Part shown: piece by piece, positions 23,000-36,201 of the stretch
How the letters are laid out: each line of letters starts with the position of its first letter
Numbering within the stretch: the stretch's first letter is position 1
NCBI RefSeq assembly: GCF_036365525.1
Contig: NC_090387.1
Span: forward strand, 76,693,300 to 76,757,299
Origin: Heterodontus francisci
Taxonomy: Eukaryota
DNA: 64,000 nt
Direction of reading: 5' to 3'
Translations under genes and position numbers: made by a program
The notes under the pieces: generated by a model
The model's database searches: none
What the model saw: only the letters and a program-made list of their open reading frames with translations
What the model was told of the DNA's origin: nothing

Positions 23000-23500
23000 A
23001 TTAAATATCATGCTGGAAATGTAAATTGTTGAATATTAGATGCAAATGCATAAGGTAAGGATACAGGCACGCTTGGAAAAGAACTTGGAACTTAATAGTA
23101 GAGTTGCTTCCTTCATTGTCTACGCAAGGAGGGGGAACAATTGATAAACTGAATGGACATATAGCCAGATCATTGGAGTGCAAATATGCAGAGATTGTAC
23201 TGATGCTTCATAATTGTCTGGTCAAACCACACTTGGGCTACTCTGTACAATTGTGATCAACATTCCACAAAATAAAATGCACTTGCATTGGGTGCAGAAC
23301 AGAGTATAAAGGATGATTTCAGATATTAAAGAAAGGTTAGAAGAGCCCAAGCTGTAGGTTTGGGAGAGGGGAAATGTTCCGTATAGATAAGGTAAATTCA
23401 AAATATTGCTTAGAGTTAATTTAGGCTAGTGGGGCCAGGTTACATTAGAGTAAATTGGTAAACATTGATATTTACTCAAAGCGTGATAAAGATTTAGATA
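23000..23500 (+). mobile_element. Very old CR1 fragment (target of the Penelope insertion; continues at ~25250)
   Basis: Degenerate GTCAAACCACACTTGG.CTAC (VRPHLEY-like). Confidence 0.45.
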
Positions 23501-23596
23501 AAAGCAAAATACTGCGGATGCTGGAAATCTGAAACAAAAACAAGAAATGCTGGATTCACTCAGCAGGTCTGGCAGCATCTGTGGAAAGAGAAGCAG

Positions 23597-23633
23597 AGTT
23601 AACGTTTCGGGTCAGTGACCCTTCTTCGGAACT
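23597..23633 (-). ncRNA. Minimal type I hammerhead ribozyme (pLTR)
   Basis: Reverse complement reads AGUU-CCGAAGA-A-GGGUC-ACU-GACCC-GAAAC-GUU-AACU. Confidence 0.8.
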
Positions 23634-24227
23634 GACAAATATTAGAAAAGTCACAGATTATAAACAAGTGAGGTGGGGGTTGGGCAAGAGATAACAAAGG
23701 AGAAGGTGCAGATTGGACCAGGCCACATAGCTGACCAAAAGGTCACGGAGCAAAGGCAAACAATATGTTAATGGTGTGTTGAAAGACAAAGCATTAGTAC
23801 AGATTAGGTGTGAATATACTGAATATTGAACATCAGCAAGTGCAAACCTGAAGAAAAACAACCTGAAAAAAACAGTGGGTAAGCAAACTGAACAAACTAA
23901 GATGAAATGAAATAAATGCAAAAAAAGATTGTAAAAAATGTAAAAAGGAATGCAAAAAAAAGGAAGAAAAAATAACTAAAAATGACTAAAAATGAAAGTA
24001 AAGTGGGGGGCTGTCATGCTCTGAAATTATTGAACTCAATGTTCAGTCCGGCAGGCTGTAGTGTGCCTAATCGGTAGATGAGATGCCGTTCCTCGAGCTT
24101 GCGTTGATGTTCACTGGAACACTGCAGCAATCCCAGGACAGAGATGTGAGCATGAGAGCAGGGGGGAGTGTTGAAATGGCAAGCAACCGGAAGCTCAGGG
24201 TCCTGCTTGCGGACTGAGCGGAGATGT

Positions 24228-24752
24228 CGCATCTTCCCCTCCCTTCCCCTGTCAGCATTCCGAAGGGATCGTTCCCTCCGCGACACCCTGGTCCACTCCT
24301 CCATTACCCCCACCACCTCGTCCCCATCCCAGGGCACCTTCCCTTGCAATCGCAGGAGGTGTAATACCTGCCCATTTACCTCCTCTCTCCTCACTATCCC
24401 AGGCCCCAAACACTCCTTTCAGGTGAAGCAGCGATTTACTTGTACTTCTTTCAATGTAGTATACTGTATTCGCTGCTCACAGTGTGGTCTCCTCTACATT
24501 GGGGAGACCAAGCGCAGACTGGGTGACCGCTTTGCGGAACATCTCCGCTCAGTCCGCAAGCAGGACCCTGAGCTTCCGGTTGCTTGCCATTTCAACAGTC
24601 CCCCCTGCTCTCATGCTCACATCTCTGTCCTGGGATTGCTGCAGTGTTCCAGTGAACATCAACGCAAGCTCGAGGAACAGCATCTCATCTACCGATTAGG
24701 CACACTACAGCCTGCCGGACTGAACATTGAGTTCAATAATTTCAGAGCATGA
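24228..24752 (+). pseudogene. Penelope ORF C-terminus: Cys linker and GIY-YIG endonuclease (5'-truncated)
   Basis: CNRRRCNTC, NVVYCIRCSQCGLLYIGETKRRLGDRFAEH, GLN. Confidence 0.93.
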
Positions 24753-25132
24753 CAGCCCCCCACTTTACTTTCATTTTTAGTCATTTTTAGTTATTTTTTC
24801 TTCCTTTTTTTTGCATTCCTTTTTACATTTTTTACAATCTTTTTTTGCATTTATTTCATTTCATCTTAGTTTGTTCAGTTTGCTTACCCACTGTTTTTTT
24901 CAGGTTGTTTTTCTTCAGGTTTGCACTTGCTGATGTTCAATATTCAGTATATTCACACCTAATCTGTACTAATGCTTTGTCTTTCAACACACCATTAACA
25001 TATTGTTTGCCTTTGCTCCGTGACCTTTTGGTCAGCTATGTGGCCTGGTCCAATCTGCACCTTCTCCTTTGTTATCTCTTGCCCAACCCCCACCTCACTT
25101 GTTTATAATCTGTGACTTTTCTAATATTTGTC

Positions 25133-25169
25133 AGTTCCGAAGAAGGGTCACTGACCCGAAACGTTAACT
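25133..25169 (+). ncRNA. Minimal type I hammerhead ribozyme (pLTR)
   Basis: AGTTCCGAAGAAGGGTCACTGACCCGAAACGTTAACT. Confidence 0.8.
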
Positions 25170-25909
25170 CTGCTTCTCTTTCCACAGATGCTGCCAGACC
25201 TGCTGAGTGAATCCAGCATTTCTTGTTTTTGATAAAGATTTAGATAATCTGCAAAAGTTCAAATGCAAGAGGACGTTAGGCTGGATCAGCTAGGACTGTG
25301 AAAGAATGAGTCATAATCTTTTCTTGTCCTTAACGATTATGGGATTTTTTTGGCACTAGTTCCGTCATATTAAACCATTCATTTAAATTATATGATTTGA
25401 ACCGTAAATTTTATATGGAAATTGGGAGCAGCGGTAGGCCCCAAATTACAAAGAAGCTCAAAACTCTCCTTAACTGCAACAGGGATGTGAAGGACCAGAC
25501 TGTCTTTTTCTCATCCTGACTTTCTAATATTCCTGTGTACTATTTTGTTTCACGTTCATGTAAGCATTCTTTATATCTGATGAATATTAAACATTTCGTA
25601 TGTCTACAACGTGCTGGTGGGGAACCTGGCTAGCAAGGATCTCATGGATTGTGAGGCATGTGTGTTATTTTTATAAGCATTATACTGCAATAAATTAACT
25701 TGCACTATGACCATTGCTACCCGGTCCCGTTGTTTTCTCAATTGACACAGAAAATAAAATCATATTAGGATTTGAAAGGTGTTCAGGCAAATCGCAGCTG
25801 ATTTTACCAGTAGAAAGCTAATGGAATTTAAGTTTTTGTAAATCACAAAATATATACAATATACATATATATATATATATACATATATATATATTATACA
25901 TAGGCATAT

Positions 25910-26230
25910 ATTAAGAAGTATTGTAGTTGGTATAGACCAGATTTATTAGGGTGCAACCTGGTAAAAGAAAATACAAATGTCAAGACAGACATGGAAAACT
26001 GAGTTTTTTTTGTTTTATAACCATCAAATTGCAAGGTGCTATGATAGAAATATTTAAAATTATGAAAGCCTGTGACTGTTTAGATAGAACCCGATTTTTT
26101 TCAGTAATAATGCACTCAAGAATGAGAGGCCATAAGTTATAAAGTTAAATACCAGAGATTTAGAACAGAGAGCAGGATAAATTTCTCTATGCAGAGTTGT
26201 GATGTTGTGGGATTCATTTCCAGTGTTAGT
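25910..26230 (+). mobile_element. Old CR1 3' fragment
   Basis: LQGAMIEIFKIMK..D.LD...F...RMRGHKL. Confidence 0.6.
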
Positions 26231-29160
26231 TGTTAATTGTCCACCACCATACACGGCTGGATGTGGCAGGACAGCAGAGCTCAGATCTGATCCATTGGTT
26301 ATTGGATTGCTTAGCTCTGTTTATCGCAAGCTGTTTTCACAGTTTGGCACACAAGTAGTTCTGGGTTGTAGCATCACTAGGTTGATACCTTATTTTGAGG
26401 TATGCCTGGTGCTGCTCCTAGCATGCCCTCATGCACTCTTCATTGAACCAGGGTTGGTCTCCTGGCTTGATGGTAACTGTAGAGTTGGGGATATTCCAGG
26501 CCATGAGGTTACCGATTGTGGTTGAATACAATTCTGCTGCTGCTGATGGCCCACAGCGCCTCATGGATGCCCAGTTTTGCACTGCTAGATCTGTTCGAAA
26601 TCTAGTGCCACACAATATAATGGAGGGTGTTCTCAATGTAAAGGCAGGACATCGTCTCCCCAAGGACTGTATGGGGCGAAAGCCGGCACAGGCTACTGAG
26701 TTGGATGATCAGCCATGATCATAATGAATGGGGGAGCAAGCTCAGAGGGCCGAATGGCCTACTCCTGCTCCTACTTTCTATGTCCATGTTTCTATGTCAT
26801 GGACAGATGCCTCTGTGGCAGGCAGATTCGTAACTACGAGGTCAAGTATATTTTTCCCTCAGCACCTTCCACATACACAGTCTCGCAGCTATGTCTTTTA
26901 GGACTCGGCCAGTAGTGGTGCTACCGAGCCACTCTTGGTGATGGACATTGAAGTCCCCCACCCAGAGTACATTCTGCACCCTTGCCACCCTCAGTGCATC
27001 CTCCAAGTGGTGTTCAACATGGAGGAATACTGATTCATCAGGTGAAGGAGGGCTCTAGGTGGTAATCAGCAGGAGGTATCCTTGCCTATGTTTGACCTGA
27101 TGCCAGGAGACTTCATGGTCTCGAGAGTCAATTTGGAGGGCAACTCCCTCTCCCCTGTATACTACTGTGCCATCACTTCTGCTAGTGGGACAGGACAGAC
27201 TCAGGGATGGTGATGGCAGTGTTTGGGACATTGTCTGTCAGCTATGTTTCCATGAGAATTATTGTGAGTATTATTATGTCAGGCTACTGCCTGACAGGAG
27301 GTAGAGAGAAAACAGGAAATTATAGACCAGTCAGCCTGACGTCAGTAGTGGGGGAAATTCTAGAGTCCGTTATCAAAGATTTTATAGTAGCGCACTTGGA
27401 GAACAGTGGTAGAATCGGACAGAGTCAGCATGGATTTACGAAAGGGAAATCATGTTTGACAAATCTACTAGAATTCTTCGAGGATGTAACTCATAGAGTT
27501 GATGAGGGACAGCCAGTGGATGTGGTTTATTTGGACTTTCAGAAGGCTTTCGACAAAGTCCCACATAAGACATTAGCATGTAATATAAAAGTGCATGGGA
27601 TTGGGGGTAGTGTATTGTGATGGATAGAAAATTGCTTGGCAGAAAGGAAACAAAGAGTAGGAATAAACGGGTCTTTTTCCGAATGGCAGGCAGTGACTAG
27701 TGGGGTACCGCAGGGATCGGTGCTGGGAGCCCAGCTATTCACAATATATATTAATGATTTAGATGAGGGAACTAAATGTAATATCTGCAAATTTGCAGAT
27801 GACCCAAAACTGGGTGGGAGGATGAGTTGTGAGGAGGATGCAAAGAGGCTTCAGGGTGATTGGGACTAGTTTAGCGAGTGGGCAAATGCATGGCAGATGC
27901 AGTATAATGTGGATAAATGTGAGGTTATCCACTTTGGTGTCAAAAACAGGAAGGCAGATTATTATCTGAATGGCTATAAACTGAGAGAGGGGAATATGCA
28001 ACGAGACCTGGGTGTTCTCATACACCAGTCGCTGAAGATAAGCATGCAGGTGCAATAGGCAGTAAAAAAGGCAAATGGTATGTTGGCCTTCACAGCGAGA
28101 AGATTCGAGTAGAGCAGCAGGGATGCCTTGCTGCAATTATACAGGGGCTTGGTGAGGCCACACCTGGAATATTGTGTGCAGTTTTGGTCTCCTTATCTGA
28201 GGAAGGGTGTTCTTGCTATAGAGGGAGTGCAGCGAGGGTGTACCAGACTGATTCCTGGGATGGCGGGACTGACGTATGAGGAGAGATTGAGTCGGTTAGG
28301 ATTATATTCGCTGGAGTTCAGAAGAGTGAGGGGGGATCTCATAGAAACCTGTAAAATTCTAACAGAACTTGACAGGACAGATGCAGGAAGGATGTTCCCG
28401 ATGGTGGGTGAGTCCGGAACCAGGGGTCATAGTCTCATGATACAGGGTAAACCTTTTAGGACTGAGATGAGGAGAAATTACTTCATCCAAAGAGTGGTGA
28501 GCCTGTGGAATTCGTTACCACAGAAAACAGTTGAGGCCAAAACATTGTATGTTTTCAAGAAGGAGTTAGATTTAGTTCTTGTGTTTAAAGGGATCAATGG
28601 ATATGGGGGGTGGGGGGAGGGGGGAAGCGGGAGCAGGTTACTGAGTTGGATGATCAGCCATGATCATAATGAACTACGGAGCAGGCTTGAAGGGACAAAT
28701 GTCTTGCTCCTATTTTCTATGTTGACCAGTCTGTGGGACAGCTCTCTCAACTTTAGCAGAAGCACCCAGACGTTAGTAAGGAGACCTTTGCAGGGTTGGG
28801 TTTGCCATTGGGTGTTGATGCCAGGTGATCTATAATGTTTCATTCTTTATTGACTTCGTAGTAGTTAGATATAACTGAGTGGCTTGCTCGACCACTTCAT
28901 AGAGCATTCGATAGTCAACCACATTGCTGTGTGTCTGCAATCACATATAGGCTAGACCAGATAAGGACAGCAGATTTTCTTTCCCTAAAGGACATTAGTG
29001 AACCACATGGCTTTTACAACAATCGACATCATCAGAGTAGCTTTTAACTCCAGACTATTTATGAACTCAAGTTCCATCTTTTGCTGGGATTTGAACCTAT
29101 GCCCCCCAGAGAAATGCTCTGGATTACTAGCTCAATGACAATCCACTACGCCACCACCTC
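26230..29160 (-). mobile_element. Family B LINE 5' part: tRNA-derived head, body and APE region; interrupted by CR1 pieces
   Basis: A box TGGCGTAGTGG and B box GGTTCAAATCC at 29085-29160(-); APE N-terminus (ELSHRLV..Q.PDIIIL) spans the 27295-28720 insertion. Confidence 0.7.
27295..28720 (+). mobile_element. 5'-truncated CR1
   Basis: GNYRPVSLTS, QHGF, GVPQG, FADD, LVRPHLEYC, 3'UTR. Confidence 0.93.
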
Positions 29161-29269
29161 TCCATTGCTGAAGCTATACTGAACCAGCTTGGCTGGGGAT
29201 GTGGCTAGTTCTACAGCACAAGTCTGCAGTACTATTGCTGGAATGTTATCAAGGCCCATAGCCTTTGTA

Positions 29270-30060
29270 GACATCGACAGAATGCTGAAATGAGCAGAAA
29301 CATGGGAGATTGATTTAAAGTGGAGAAGTGTGAAGTGATGCACTTTGGGAGGAATATGGAAAGATCGTACACTAAAAATGGCACGCTTTTGGTAAGTATA
29401 GATGAGCAGGGAGACCAGATACTCCTTAAAGGTGGCACCACAAGTTGATAAGGTGATTAAGAAAGCATTTTGGTACCTTGTGTTTATATTTAGAGGCAGA
29501 GAACATAAAAAGCAAAGAAACTTTGCTGGAACTTTATAAATCATTGGTTAGGCCTCAGCTGAAATATTATGGACAATTCTGAACAGTACACTTCAGGAAA
29601 GATGTAAATGCCTTATAAATGGCATCGAGAATGTTTACCAGGATGTTACCAAGGATGAAGGACTTCAGTTATGATGGGAGGCTGGAAAAGTTAGGACTGT
29701 TCTCCTTGGGACAGGGAAGGTTAAGAGGTGACTGATGCGAAGTTTTCAAGATGATGAGAAGTTTTGATTGTGTAGATAGAGCAAAAACTATTCCATCTGG
29801 CAAGTGTGTCAATAACCAGAGGCCATAGATCTAAAGTCATTGGCAAAAATTCCAGAAGGAAAAGTGGAGAAGTTCCTTCACTCTGAGAGTTGTTGAAATC
29901 TGAAACCCTCTACCTGAAAAGGTAGTGGAAGTTGACTCCCTAAGTAAGTAATTTTGAAAGTGAGTTAGACTGGTTCTTGAGAATGAGGAACTTATACTTC
30001 CTTTTTAAAGAGTAAGTACAAGCATGGCTGGACCAAGGGGCCACTTTCTGTGCTCTAAGT
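29270..30060 (+). mobile_element. Old CR1 3' fragment
   Basis: Degenerate RT C-terminus and 3'UTR. Confidence 0.75.
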
Positions 30061-30069
30061 TTAAAAATA

Positions 30070-30900
30070 AATGATATAGGAGCAGGGGTAGGTCAAATGG
30101 CTCATTGAGCCTGCTCCACCATTCAATAATATCGTGGCAGAACTTTAACATCAGATCCCCTTTCCTGCCCGATCCCATATCCTCTGATTCTTTTCATGCC
30201 AAAAATATCTAACACCAAAACTGTACACAATACCCAAGGTGTGTTTTCTACAAAGACTGATATATTTGCAGTAAAACCTCCCCATTCTTTTACGTTAACA
30301 CCTTTGAAATAAAGGCTAACGTATCAATTTCGTTCCTAATTGCTTGCTGTTGCTGTATGTGAACTATCTGTGATTCATGTACAAGGACCCCCAAATCATT
30401 CTGAATACCAACATATACTAGTTTCTTGCCTTTTAAGATATTCTGCTTTTCCATTTCTCCTACCCAAAATAGATAATTTCACAATTTTCCCCATTATATT
30501 AAATCTGTCACCTACGTGCCCAATCAGCTAACCAGTCTATATAGCTCCTTCTATCTGTCTGTGTGCTCCTCACTGCTTATTTTCCCACCTAGCTTTGTAT
30601 CGTCAGCAAATTTGGATATATTCTACTTGAGTCCCTCATCCAAGTCGTTAATATAAGTAATAAAAAGCTGAGAACCAAGCACTGATACTTGCAGCAAGCC
30701 ACTAGTTACACCTTGCCATCTTGAAAATGACCTGTTTGTTCCTACTCTCTGTTTTCTGTCCGTTCACCATTCCCCAATCCATGCTAATATATTATCCACA
30801 ATCCCATGAACTACAATCTTGTGTAACAACCTCTTATCTGGCACCCTTTGAATGCCTTCTGAATATCCAAACATACAACACCTACTGGTTTCCCCTTTTC
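30070..30900 (-). mobile_element. Old CR1 fragment
   Basis: Antisense CR1 3'UTR and FADD region (GTCAGCAAATTT). Confidence 0.7.
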
Positions 30901-32640
30901 TGGCGATCTGGAGTGTCAATCAAATAATTTACTTTACCAATTTTTCTCACCACTTTATATGGACCACTTGAACCGTGCTTTCAGCGGTTCACCCTGTAAC
31001 ACCTCATCCCCTGGTTGAAATGTTCAGGTCTTGACGTGCTTGTTTGACCATTTCTCGTTGGTTGTTTGGGAAGCTTGCAAGTGTTCCTGAGCCACATTGT
31101 AGGCTCTTGTGCGCCATTCCCAGAACACAGATGCATAATCTAACACAGAAGATTCTTTCTTCTGTTCGAAAATCCTTTCTTTACTTAGTTTTAGAGGACC
31201 TCTTATCTCATGTCCATAAACTAGTTCAAAAGCACTAAATCTGGTAAACTCATTATGTGAATCCCTAAGAAATAAAATAAATTCTAGCCCTTTATCACAA
31301 TCATGGGGATATTTATGACAGTTTGCCCTGCTCATCGTTTTGAGGGTCTGATGGTACCTTTCTAAAGCTCCTTGTATCTGTGAGTGGTATGTTGAAGACT
31401 AACTGTGTTATACCCCAAATACCCATAAATAACTGACACATTTTAGACATAAAATTGGACATTGATCCAACTGAATCTCAATCGGTAATCCATATCTTGT
31501 GAAGAACTGGGTTAACTTCTCCACCACTACCTGAGCAGAAATTGTTCTCAAGGGAATGGCCTTTGGCAACCGAGTAGCCATATGCATGTTAGTGAGTATA
31601 TATTGGTGTCCCACCTTTGTTTTCGATACAGGTCCTACGAAGTATACCAACACCCTGCTAAACGGTTCCCCCCAAAACTGGTATGGAAATTAGAGCTGCT
31701 GGATTTATGGCAGGCTGTGGTTTTCCCAGAATCTGGCATATATGGCACGTTTTACAAAACTGCATGACATCTTTGGAAAGATCTGACCAGTAAAAATGTC
31801 GACTTATACATGATTGAGTCTTCCAGAAACCCACAGGTCCTGTTATAGGAATTTCATGTGCTATCCTTAATATTTTTTGGTGATATTTGGGTGGTACCAC
31901 TAACTGATGAATAACCATCCATTATTCATCCGAAAGTCTGTGATGAGGTCTCCACTTCTTCTTCAGAATCCCATTCTTAATATAGTAGCCTTCTGGAACT
32001 CCCTTTGCCTCGGCTTCAGTTAGAGACGATTGTACCACTTTATTTAACTCTGGATCAGCTTGCTGAGCCTGAATCAGAGAAGATTTATTGAACATTTCCT
32101 TTGGATTATCCAAATCCCCAAGAAAGTTCCAAATATTTGGCTATCTGTCTGTGGAGCAAATTTTACCTCCAACAATGGAATTTGTTTAACCATTACTTGG
32201 GTCACTACACACGAAGGAAAAATTCCTGGAACCTTTTCCTACAACTGTTCTGTCTCTTTAACTTCACTTGGTTTTTCCATGACTACTGGAGAAGCTAGTA
32301 CCTTCGCTCTGGTCAAATCATTCCCCAGGAGTAGGCCAACTCTATCTACAGGCAAACTATAGACAACTCCTACAGTTACTGTTCCAGACACTAGGTTGCA
32401 CTCCAGATTCACCCGATACAAAGGTACGGGTATATACACCACACCAATACCATTCACTAAAACCTTGGCATTCATGGTGCTCTCTAGTGGAAAAGTTATG
32501 ACATTCCGCAGCAAAAGGGTTTGGGTGGTTCCTGTATAACTATAGGTTTACCTGCCTCACTTGAGGGATAAGAAATTACTTTTCCTTTTGATAAGAATTA
32601 CCTATAACTCTCAAGTATCTTATTCATGTCCCTTGCACTC
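30900..32640 (-). mobile_element. Gypsy LTR retrotransposon internal remnant (protease region followed by integrase)
   Basis: LLLGNDL; integrase Zn finger AH..FYW..CKTCHIC; core GP..KT..G.QYILT, AIPLR, GLPIEIQLDQ, FELVYGHEIRGPL. Confidence 0.88.
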
Positions 32641-32659
32641 ACAGTGGTTTTTGTAGTTA

Positions 32660-33490
32660 TATAGACAGGATGGCAGAATGGGTGGACACATGGCAGATGA
32701 CATTTAATGCAGAGAAGTGTGAAGTGATACATTTTGGTAGGAAGAACGTGAAGAGAAGCAATATAAAATAAAGGATACAATTCTAAAGGAGTTGGAGGAG
32801 CAGAGGGACTTGGGGGTATATGTGCACAAATTGTTGAAGGTGGCAGGACAGGTTGAGAAAGTGGTTAATAAGGCATATGGGATCCTGGGCTTAATAAATT
32901 AGAGGCATAGAGTACAAAAGCCAGGAAGTTATGTTGAACCCTTATAAAACACTGATTCAGCATCAATGGAGCATTGTATGCAATTCTGGGCACCACACTT
33001 TAGGAAGGATTTGAAGGCATTAGAGAGGGTGCAGAAAAGGTTTACTAGAATGGTTCCAGGGATGAGGGATTCAATTACGTGGATAGATTGGAGAAGCTAG
33101 GGCTGATATCCTTAAAGAAGGTTGAGAGGAGATTTGTTAGAGATGTTCATAGTCATGAGTAGATACGGCGAAACTGTTCCCATTGGCAGAAGGGTCGAAG
33201 ACCAGAGGACCCCAATTTGAGTTGAATGGCAAAAGAGCCAAAGGCGGCATATGCAAAAGCTTTTTTAGGCAGGCAGTAGTTAGGATTTGGAATGCCTGAG
33301 AGTGTGGTGCAGGCAGGTTCAATCATTGTTTTTACAAAGGAATTGGATAACTATCTGAATAGCAAAAGGTTGCTGGGCGACAGGGAAGGGGCAGGGAAGT
33401 GGGGCTAGCTGAGTTGTTTTTGCAGAGAACAGGCACGGACATGACGGACCGAATGGATTCTTTCTGTGCTGTAACCATTCTATAATTCTA
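32660..33490 (+). mobile_element. CR1 3' fragment
   Basis: WQM.FN.EKCEV.HFG, 3'UTR. Confidence 0.85.
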
Positions 33491-33659
33491 CACCACCAGA
33501 TGGCTAAGCATTGAACAAGATAATTTTAAACGAAAACATTAAATATAGATGAAAATCTAAAAGGAACTCATCTGCTCCAATCAACTATTTCTCTGCTTCA
33601 TACTTGCCTTAATTTTGCTACTTAGCTGCCAATCTATATTTATAACATATGTAGGTAAT

Positions 33660-35100
33660 GCCATTGCATGTCCAATGGAGGTAGTTAGATTCTCTCTTGT
33701 TGGAGATGGTCATTGTCTGGCACTGTGTGGCGTAAATGTTACTTGCCACTTATTAGCCCAAGCCTGAATGTTGTTCAGGTTTTGCTGCATATGGACACAG
33801 GCTACTTCTTTACCTGAGGAGCTGCGAATGAAACTGAACATGGTGCAATCATCAGTGAGCACCCCTACTTCAAAACTCATAGAATTACATAGAATTTACA
33901 GCACAGAAGCAGGCCGTTCATTGCAACCAGCCCATGCAGGCGTTTGTACTCTACTCGTGCCTCCTCCCATCCTTCCTCATCTAAATCTATCAGCATAGCC
34001 CTCTATTACATTCTAACTCAAATGCTGTCTAACTTCCCCTTAAATGCATCTTTACCATTTGCCTCAACCACTCCCTGTGCTATTTCATCTGAATTCCCGA
34101 CTAGATTGCTTGGCAACTATTGTGAGTCTCCCAGGAAATCAACCCCCCCCCCCCTCCATTTTTTATTGTTCTTTATATATCACTTTATTTATTCAACATT
34201 CTGTGTTTAATATGTAATTGGTTGTAAAGATACCTTCTGTTAACTTGATGGAGGGAAGGTCATTTATGAAGCAGCTGAAGTTGTTTGGGGTTAGGACACT
34301 ACCCTGATGTTCTGGGGTTGAGATGATTGGATTCCATCATACCTTTGTGCTAGATATGACTTCAGCCAGTGGACAGTTTCCCCTTGATTCCCATTGACTT
34401 CAATTTTACTAGGTCAAATGCTGCCTTGATAGCAAGACTAATCACACTCATCTCACCTCTGGAATTTATCTCTTTTGTCCATGTTTGGGCCAAGGCTACA
34501 ATGAGATCATGAGCTGTGGTCCTGGTGGAATCCAAACTGAGCATTGCTGAGCACGTTATCGGTGAGTAAGTGCCGCCTGAAAGCACTATCGACGACAGGT
34601 TCTCCCAATCCCCGGACAAACACAGCAAGTGGTTGCTCACATCATTCCCTCATTTTGCTGATATTGAAGTGTAGACTGATGTGAGGGTAATTGGCTGAAT
34701 TGGATTTGTCCTGTTTTTTGTGGACAGGCCATACCACTTTGTTGGGTTGATGGCCAGTGTTGTAGCTGGACTGAAACAGTTTTGCTAGAGACGTGACTAG
34801 TTCTGGAGCACAAGCCTTTAGCATTACATCCAGGATGCTATGGGGAACCATAGCCCTTTTCTGTATCCAGCGTGTTCAACCGTTTCTTGATATCATGTGG
34901 ATTGAATCGAAATGGCTAAAGATATTGTGATACGGGGGATTCCAAGAGGAGTAAAGTGGTTTCATACGCTTCAGCCTTGACTTTTGCACTGACGTACTGG
35001 GCTCCGCTATCATTGAGGACGGGGTTATTTGTGGAGCTCAACAATATTTGGGAGACTTCCTTTTTGTCATGGCTTTTTTATCTGTTGTCGCCGTGTAGGA
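33660..35100 (-). mobile_element. Family B LINE RT fragments
   Basis: LKACAPEL..LAKLFQ, ANY..ISL, IKAAFD. Confidence 0.75.
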
Positions 35101-35641
35101 ATGCTTCTGTGATATTGGTAACGCTCGGAAAAAAGCCTATGTGATCCCAGCGAATTAAAATCGCTGGGCACTGTCGTGGTGAAGTGATGGTGGAACCTCT
35201 AAAAACATTGAGGTAAAATTTTCCCGGGTTCTCCCGATCCCCGGACAAACACAGCAAGTGGTTGCTCACATCATTTGTCCAGGGCGTCTGTCAATCTTCT
35301 GGTGAAGTTAAAGTGGGAGACAGAAATTTCGATCTCTTTATAATCAGAATGCCTGTAATTCTTAGCTGCTTCACAAGTAGGGATGTAAACTCTCATCTGG
35401 TGCAACAAATGTAATGAAAAGAACACCATTTCCTCCCGCTAAATTCGAGCAAAGCAAAGGATGATTCATTAGTGCACCCCCAGTCTATTGAAATAAATCG
35501 TAACACTGCTGTGGTAATGTTTGCCCTTGCTTGCATCAAAAATGGCACTGTGTTGTAGGGTATTCCCAAGCGCAGAGGCACCTGCAGTAAATATCATAAT
35601 GTTTAAATGTTATTTGAGTAAGTAGATTAATATAATCCTAG

Positions 35642-35644
<3 letters not shown>

Positions 35645-35675
<31 letters not shown>
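35645..35675. repeat. (TA)n microsatellite
   Basis: Direct reading. Confidence 0.95.
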
Positions 35676-35676
<1 letters not shown>

Positions 35677-35690
35677 TCTCATATATAAGT

Positions 35691-36201
35691 TGAAAGTATA
35701 GCTACATATTGGTACAAGATGGAGTATTGACCCGAGGCATTGTGGGACAAGTTACTTAGCTTGCAGTTTGAGCTTGGTACAGCATAGCACAGACACCGAG
35801 AGGGCCCCTCTTATCAGTGTAACTGCAGACTGCACGGCACCCTCAGGAATGCAGGCCCAATTAAAAGTGACAGTTGGGAGATTCAAGGATAATTGATGGG
35901 GCCTGTGATCATCAATGGTGATCAGTTGGCTTGCACGAGTTGATCACGTAGCCACATGATGCCTAATGAGTAATCTAATTGGTAATATGTGTAATGTATG
36001 TAATCAATAACCGTTATGATTGGACCATGTCCAGCCGGGATGGGCTGAGTAACTGTATATCTGTTGTGGATTTTCCTTTGTTCGGTGGAGAGGCATCTGG
36101 ACAGCCCAGTGACCTGCTCCCCGCTGGCTGACGTAATAAACTGTTTGACATTGGAGCAGACCTGAGTGTCAAGTGATTCTTCTTGATTCATTCCCGCTAA
36201 C
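35691..36201 (+). mobile_element. Probable solo LTR
   Basis: TG...CA ends, TATA-like TGTATAT, AATAAA at ~36135 about 65 bp from the end; TSD not found. Confidence 0.4.

Larger units (their letters stand above)
23501..25230. mobile_element. Penelope-like element (Neptune type), two 3' arms joined head-to-head
   Basis: 692-bp near-perfect inverted arms at 23536-24227 and 24539-25230; 16-bp TSD GATAAAGATTTAGATA at 23485-23500 and 25231-25246. Confidence 0.93.

Noticed and set aside
25560-25660. Possible transmembrane exon of pseudogene A
   Set aside because: No hydrophobic stretch in any frame I could read
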